NCBI GenBank assembly: GCA_965234725.1
Contig: CBDDUX010000038.1
Location: 8,257-72,256, forward strand
Origin: Thermoplasmatota archaeon
GTDB lineage: Archaea > Thermoplasmatota > Penumbrarchaeia > Penumbrarchaeales > Penumbrarchaeaceae
Direction of reading: 5' to 3'
Length of the DNA: 64,000 nt
Made by a program: the position numbers and the translations under genes. The notes beneath the pieces are model-generated. The model did no database searches. It was not told the DNA's origin and saw only the letters and a list, made by a program, of their open reading frames with translations. This document shows positions 59,665 to 64,000 of the stretch, piece after piece; positions within the stretch are counted from its first letter, which is position 1, and every line of letters begins with the position of its first letter.

Positions 59665-60416
59665 GTGGGTATGTCCTCTATCTTTGTGACCTCAGGGTGT
59701 GCCTTAGGGATCCATGGAATTCCTACCTTGCCGTTGCTGTAAAGCCACTTTGTGTCATCCTTCAAAGAAGGTTCCTTATCATTAACGGATGCAACAGGTC
59801 CGGTCCTAATCGGAAATCTCTTTCTTCTTTTCTTGTCGAACATCAACTCATTTAATCTCTTACCTGGCTTGATATCCTTGATGGCATGATACCGGTTCAA
59901 TCCTCTGAATCCGTAACAAAGGTCCCAATCACCATGGTAGATGCAGCCTGCGCAGGTCCGGTAAAAATAGTAGAGTCTCAAGGTGCCCATAAAACTGATC
60001 GATACCATGATCAAGAAAATGAAAAGAAGAATGAATTGCCATCCTGCAGGAATTGTGAGTGCCCATACGATCAACCCAGCCAGTGAAAAGCTTAAAGATA
60101 CCTTTGCGGCCAGTCGGGTTATCCTGCCTTCTGATCTCATAAGATATTTCATCATATGAAAAAGGCCGAATAGGACCGATATTCCAATAAGGACCGATTG
60201 ATGGAAGTATGGTTCAGGTATGTGTCTGTAGGATCTTGTGAGGAGTGTAAAAATGATAAGAATGAGAGCAAGGGGATATGAAATGGTGCATCCCATGCAG
60301 AATCTCCTTCCAAGAATAATATAGGTATCATTGTTGTAGAAAGAGCACAAAGGATGATGAGATCTGAGGAAGGGAGCCAGAGCTCTGAACACCGATAGGA
60401 CCTCCCCGAAAACCAT
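59661..60416 (-). CDS. Cys/His-rich membrane protein
   Basis: 'SHHPLC', 'FCMGC', four TMs, 'CAGC.YH....C'. Confidence 0.65.
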   Translation of the reverse strand: MVFGEVLSVFRALAPFLRSHHPLCSFYNNDTYIILGRRFCMGCTISYPLALILIIFTLLTRSYRHIPEPYFHQSVLIGISVLFGLFHMMKYLMRSEGRITRLAAKVSLSFSLAGLIVWALTIPAGWQFILLFIFLIMVSISFMGTLRLYYFYRTCAGCIYHGDWDLCYGFRGLNRYHAIKDIKPGKRLNELMFDKKRRKRFPIRTGPVASVNDKEPSLKDDTKWLYSNGKVGIPWIPKAHPEVTKIEDIPT

Positions 60417-60602
60417 GAAGGAGCAGCCCTATCATCTATTTTGAAATTTTTGCATCCTTTTTACAAGATGTGAGTGAATTGAACTGGACATGATCGATCT
60501 TGAAAATATGTTAATGAAAAATGCGAACAATTTAAATATTGATTTCATCAATCAGCTATTGTCTTGTTCCTATGGACATAGATGATGATCGGGGGACTAA
60601 AA

Positions 60603-60836
60603 ATGGTTGATAAGACTGTATTTGGAATATTGGCAATCTTGCTTGGATGGTTAGGTGTTCATAAATTCGTGGTGGGCCACACAAAATGGGGCGTAGTGTA
60701 CCTGCTCATAACTGTTTGTACTGGTGGAGCCCTGGCCTTCATTCCAGGGATCCTCGGACTCATAGCTGGGATCAAGGTCCTTATCGGAACGGATGAAGAG
60801 TACCAGGAATACATCGATAGCGAAGGATTCCTCTGA
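60603..60836 (+). CDS. TM2-domain (NINE) protein
   Basis: 'GILAILLGWLGVHKF..G..KWG'. Confidence 0.85.
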   Translation: MVDKTVFGILAILLGWLGVHKFVVGHTKWGVVYLLITVCTGGALAFIPGILGLIAGIKVLIGTDEEYQEYIDSEGFL

Positions 60837-60848
60837 TCCAGAACATAC

Positions 60849-60880
60849 GGGGAGCAGACTATACTGCTTCCCTTTTTTTT
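60849..60880 (+). terminator. Hairpin plus U-tract terminator
   Basis: GGGGAGCAG-ACTATA-CTGCTTCCC followed by T8. Confidence 0.7.
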
Positions 60881-60903
60881 ATTCAATTCATTCCCTAATG
60901 ACC

Positions 60904-63900
60904 TCATTCCTCAATATCAATTTGGACCTGAGCGGTCACTATCTTTTGTGGAGATGGTTTCTTCTTTCCTTTAAGAATAAGGAAAATGACAACACTGGTG
61001 ATAATAAGCAGTAAAATTGTCATTATGGCAATGAACCAGGATTCCGGCTCACCTTCGTTCACCACAAGGGCCTGATAGAATCCGGAGAAAGCCACCATGA
61101 TGAATGAACCCGCACCTATCCTGCCTGCATATTTATGGATCTTCATGGTCGGCCTTTTATGTTTCATTATCTTGGTGTATTTGAAATATAATCCCAATCC
61201 AAGAGCAGTGAAGGACCCAATTATAGCAATGATACCGAACCAGGAATGCAGCACTCTCAGATGATCCCCGGTTCCGGATTCAACCATGATATAACCCAGG
61301 ATCAAACCGATCGTTCCCATTATCACTGAGGTCGACATCACATAGATATGGAATTTTAAGAAGAATTTCCATTTCTTTCGGTATTGTGAGACCCAGGCAG
61401 CTATCATACCTCCTACACCCAGGGTCATGAATATTGCATGGAACGGCCACAATACAACAGGGTCCTCACTTGAGGTCTCTCCTGATGCGATATCGATAGT
61501 TCCATAACCGACTCTTGTATGCATATTACTGAAGGAATCCGAATCACCGACCCCCCAGATTATCTTGACAGTTCCGTTCCTGGGGATCGGATTATCCTTA
61601 TCATCACCGGTATCCAGTTTTCGGACTATCTCTATGGTGGTAACACCATTTATCTCCCTTCCTCCGAATGAATCGATATCATCTGTTCCTCCCTGTTCAG
61701 TATCAGCGGGATGGGGGCCGGTTGGTCCTGTTGAATATGCATCAATGACCTTGACTGTTCCGTCTCCTTCCACCCATCCGAATATCATGTCGGAATCTGA
61801 CATTGCCGTACTGTAATCGATTCCAATTGAGACCCATCCAGTGGTCTTACCCTGAATGGCCAACCTTATCGAATCACCTTCCACTTTCCAGTATATGGTG
61901 ATGATCCCGTCTCCAAATGTACCGTTGAAATCATACTCATCTTCTGATATCATTCCATCCAGATCGGCTGTTACCGGTGGTTCTTTTCCGCCTGGACCAA
62001 TGGTTAAAACGGCAAATCCTCTCTTGGAGTGTGTCTCCCCGAAATCGTCGTGCTCTCCATAGGCCCACATGATGTTCAGGTTGCCTGCAGTGGGAATATC
62101 CTTGTCGTAATCGTCACCAGTGGAGATATTCCTTACGAACTCGATCGTCGTCACACCGTCAATTTCAGTTCCGTTATACTGAAGGATATCCATTGTTCCT
62201 CCAAGATGGGTGTCGGGAGGATGAGGGCCGAATTGACCCGTCGAATACGCATCTATGATATGGACAGCTCCATTTTCGATCCAACCAAGGACCACATCAG
62301 AGTCCATCATGACATCTTCTGGGTCGAACCCTATGGAGATCCATCCAGTGGTCCTGGCTGATATTGCCATGTGAAGGTCCTGGCCCTCGATCGTCCAGTG
62401 TACCTTGAAATTGTCGAAGTCAAAACTGGCAGAATCCTTGTACTCACCAGTTGAGATGATTCCATCCAATCCTCCCACAGGTTGGGGTTCATCCATGTAT
62501 AGTAGTAGTGTTCCGGATCCTCTATCTGAATGACTGCTCTCCGGATCATCCGAAGAACCCAATCCCCAGATGATATTGAGGGATCCGGAAGAGGGGATCT
62601 CTTTGTCGTATACATCCTGGGTATCCAATTCTCTTATGAATTCTATTGTTGTGTTCCCTTCTGTCTGGGTTCCGTTGAATGTGATGATATCATCCGAACC
62701 ACCAAGGTCCGTATCTAACGGGTGAGGTCCCAGGTTTCCCGTAGAATATGTATCCCAGAGACCTGGCCCGTCATCATCCACCCATCCGATGAGTAGATCG
62801 GCATCTTTCATCATGGTGGTTGGTTCGAATCCAATGGATACCCAGCCTTCGGTCTCACCAACCATTGCCATCCATATCCTGGTCCCGTTAATGGACCAGT
62901 GCAAAACAAAAGAACCTCCTCCGAAGGATGCGGAATCATCATATTCGTCCTCTGAAACGATTCCGTCCAGTGTGGTATTCCTCAGAGGTGGAGGGGGGGG
63001 TGGAGGAGTTGTATTGGTCCCGATCTTCCAGGTAGTTGTTCCTCTCCGTGTATGAAGTGAAGTTGGATCGTCCGAATCAGAGACTGCCCAGATGATCGTC
63101 ATAAGACCTGTTTTGTTGATGCTCTTATCATAAAGGTCTGTTGAGGTCATGTTCCTGAGGAACTCTATTGTTGTCCATCCATCCGACTCCGTCACATTGA
63201 AATCCAGGATATCATTTGTCCCACCAAGGGTAGTATCTTCAGGATGCGGTCCTTCAGGTCCTGTTGAAAATTGATCGAAAAGATGGGGATCGCCGTCATG
63301 ATATCCAAGCATCATATCGCCATCTGCCATCCTGTCGGAAGGATCGATGCCGAGAGATATCCACCCAGTTGCCTGGGCCCTGATCCCAATTGATATTGTG
63401 GTTCCATTTAAGTTCCAATGAAGTTCGAACCTATCTGAGTCGAATATCTTCGAGCTGTTATATTCCCCTTCAGAGATCATACCATCGAATTCTGAAAAAT
63501 GTAACGGTGGTGGAGGTGGTGGAGGAGGAACGGTTTCATTGGAGAGGTTCCACATGATCGTCCCTCTCCTTGTATGGGTGGCCATCGGATCGTCTGATTC
63601 AGCAACTGCCCAGATAAGTGGGAAAGCATGATCGGTCCAAATCGTACGATCATTAGAATCGCTGGTGGAAAGGTTCCTTCTGAACTCGAATGTGGTCCAG
63701 CCTCCGGATTCCGTTCCGTTATAGGAGATAATATCGAAAGTTCCACCCAGGTCCTCATCGCGGGAATGAGGACCTGTCGCACCCGTTGCGAAATGGTCCT
63801 CTGACTTTGCGAGGTTTCCTTCAACCCACCCGAAGATAAGATCCGCATCCAACATTCTATCGGTCGGGTCGATCCCGATCGACACATAACCGGAGACCTG

Positions 63901-64000
63901 TGCCCTGATCCCGATATCTATTGATGTTCCGTTCACTTTCCAGTATAGTTCGAACATGTCGCTGTCAGTTTTCGTTACGTTCCCATATTCATCCGGATCT
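60904..64000 (-). CDS. Multi-DOMON (at least 5) plus cytochrome b561 membrane protein; 5' end beyond the window
   Basis: Five 'GW.SIG...M...D...GW...D..S.G..GPH..D..LGG..D...TT.EF.R....D..D...IW......H..RG' units; b561 with four TM His; frame open to the window edge (DPDEYGNVTKTDSD). Confidence 0.88.
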   Translation of the reverse strand, partial: DPDEYGNVTKTDSDMFELYWKVNGTSIDIGIRAQVSGYVSIGIDPTDRMLDADLIFGWVEGNLAKSEDHFATGATGPHSRDEDLGGTFDIISYNGTESGGWTTFEFRRNLSTSDSNDRTIWTDHAFPLIWAVAESDDPMATHTRRGTIMWNLSNETVPPPPPPPPLHFSEFDGMISEGEYNSSKIFDSDRFELHWNLNGTTISIGIRAQATGWISLGIDPSDRMADGDMMLGYHDGDPHLFDQFSTGPEGPHPEDTTLGGTNDILDFNVTESDGWTTIEFLRNMTSTDLYDKSINKTGLMTIIWAVSDSDDPTSLHTRRGTTTWKIGTNTTPPPPPPPLRNTTLDGIVSEDEYDDSASFGGGSFVLHWSINGTRIWMAMVGETEGWVSIGFEPTTMMKDADLLIGWVDDDGPGLWDTYSTGNLGPHPLDTDLGGSDDIITFNGTQTEGNTTIEFIRELDTQDVYDKEIPSSGSLNIIWGLGSSDDPESSHSDRGSGTLLLYMDEPQPVGGLDGIISTGEYKDSASFDFDNFKVHWTIEGQDLHMAISARTTGWISIGFDPEDVMMDSDVVLGWIENGAVHIIDAYSTGQFGPHPPDTHLGGTMDILQYNGTEIDGVTTIEFVRNISTGDDYDKDIPTAGNLNIMWAYGEHDDFGETHSKRGFAVLTIGPGGKEPPVTADLDGMISEDEYDFNGTFGDGIITIYWKVEGDSIRLAIQGKTTGWVSIGIDYSTAMSDSDMIFGWVEGDGTVKVIDAYSTGPTGPHPADTEQGGTDDIDSFGGREINGVTTIEIVRKLDTGDDKDNPIPRNGTVKIIWGVGDSDSFSNMHTRVGYGTIDIASGETSSEDPVVLWPFHAIFMTLGVGGMIAAWVSQYRKKWKFFLKFHIYVMSTSVIMGTIGLILGYIMVESGTGDHLRVLHSWFGIIAIIGSFTALGLGLYFKYTKIMKHKRPTMKIHKYAGRIGAGSFIMVAFSGFYQALVVNEGEPESWFIAIMTILLLIITSVVIFLILKGKKKPSPQKIVTAQVQIDIEE

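Overview
Gene-dense archaeal chromosomal segment, most consistent with Thermoplasmatota. Archaeal markers are tgtA, EF-1beta with its upstream Zn-ribbon gene, Sm plus L37e, AMP phosphorylase plus ribose-1,5-bisphosphate isomerase, and an archaeal AspRS; DUF6015 and large acidic Ig-like surface proteins point to Thermoplasmatota. The gene content suggests a peptide-degrading heterotroph with oxidative-stress genes: two C25 gingipain-like proteases, an OPT transporter, TctA, FprA, Trx and PDO. There is one tRNA (Asn-GTT). I saw no CRISPR array, rRNA or transposase. Most notable items: (1) a surface protein with at least five tandem DOMON domains, each keeping the Met/His heme-ligand positions, fused to a cytochrome b561 (a candidate multi-heme-b electron conduit, cut by the window edge); (2) a divergent tubulin/FtsZ-superfamily gene followed directly by two perfect 48-bp palindrome-ended direct repeats that enclose a 160-bp hairpin-rich segment; (3) an apparently catalytically dead MCM-like protein; (4) a shared 5'-leader motif and bacterial-style hairpin terminators on two surface-protein genes. 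All family calls come from recognising motifs by eye; no database search was run.
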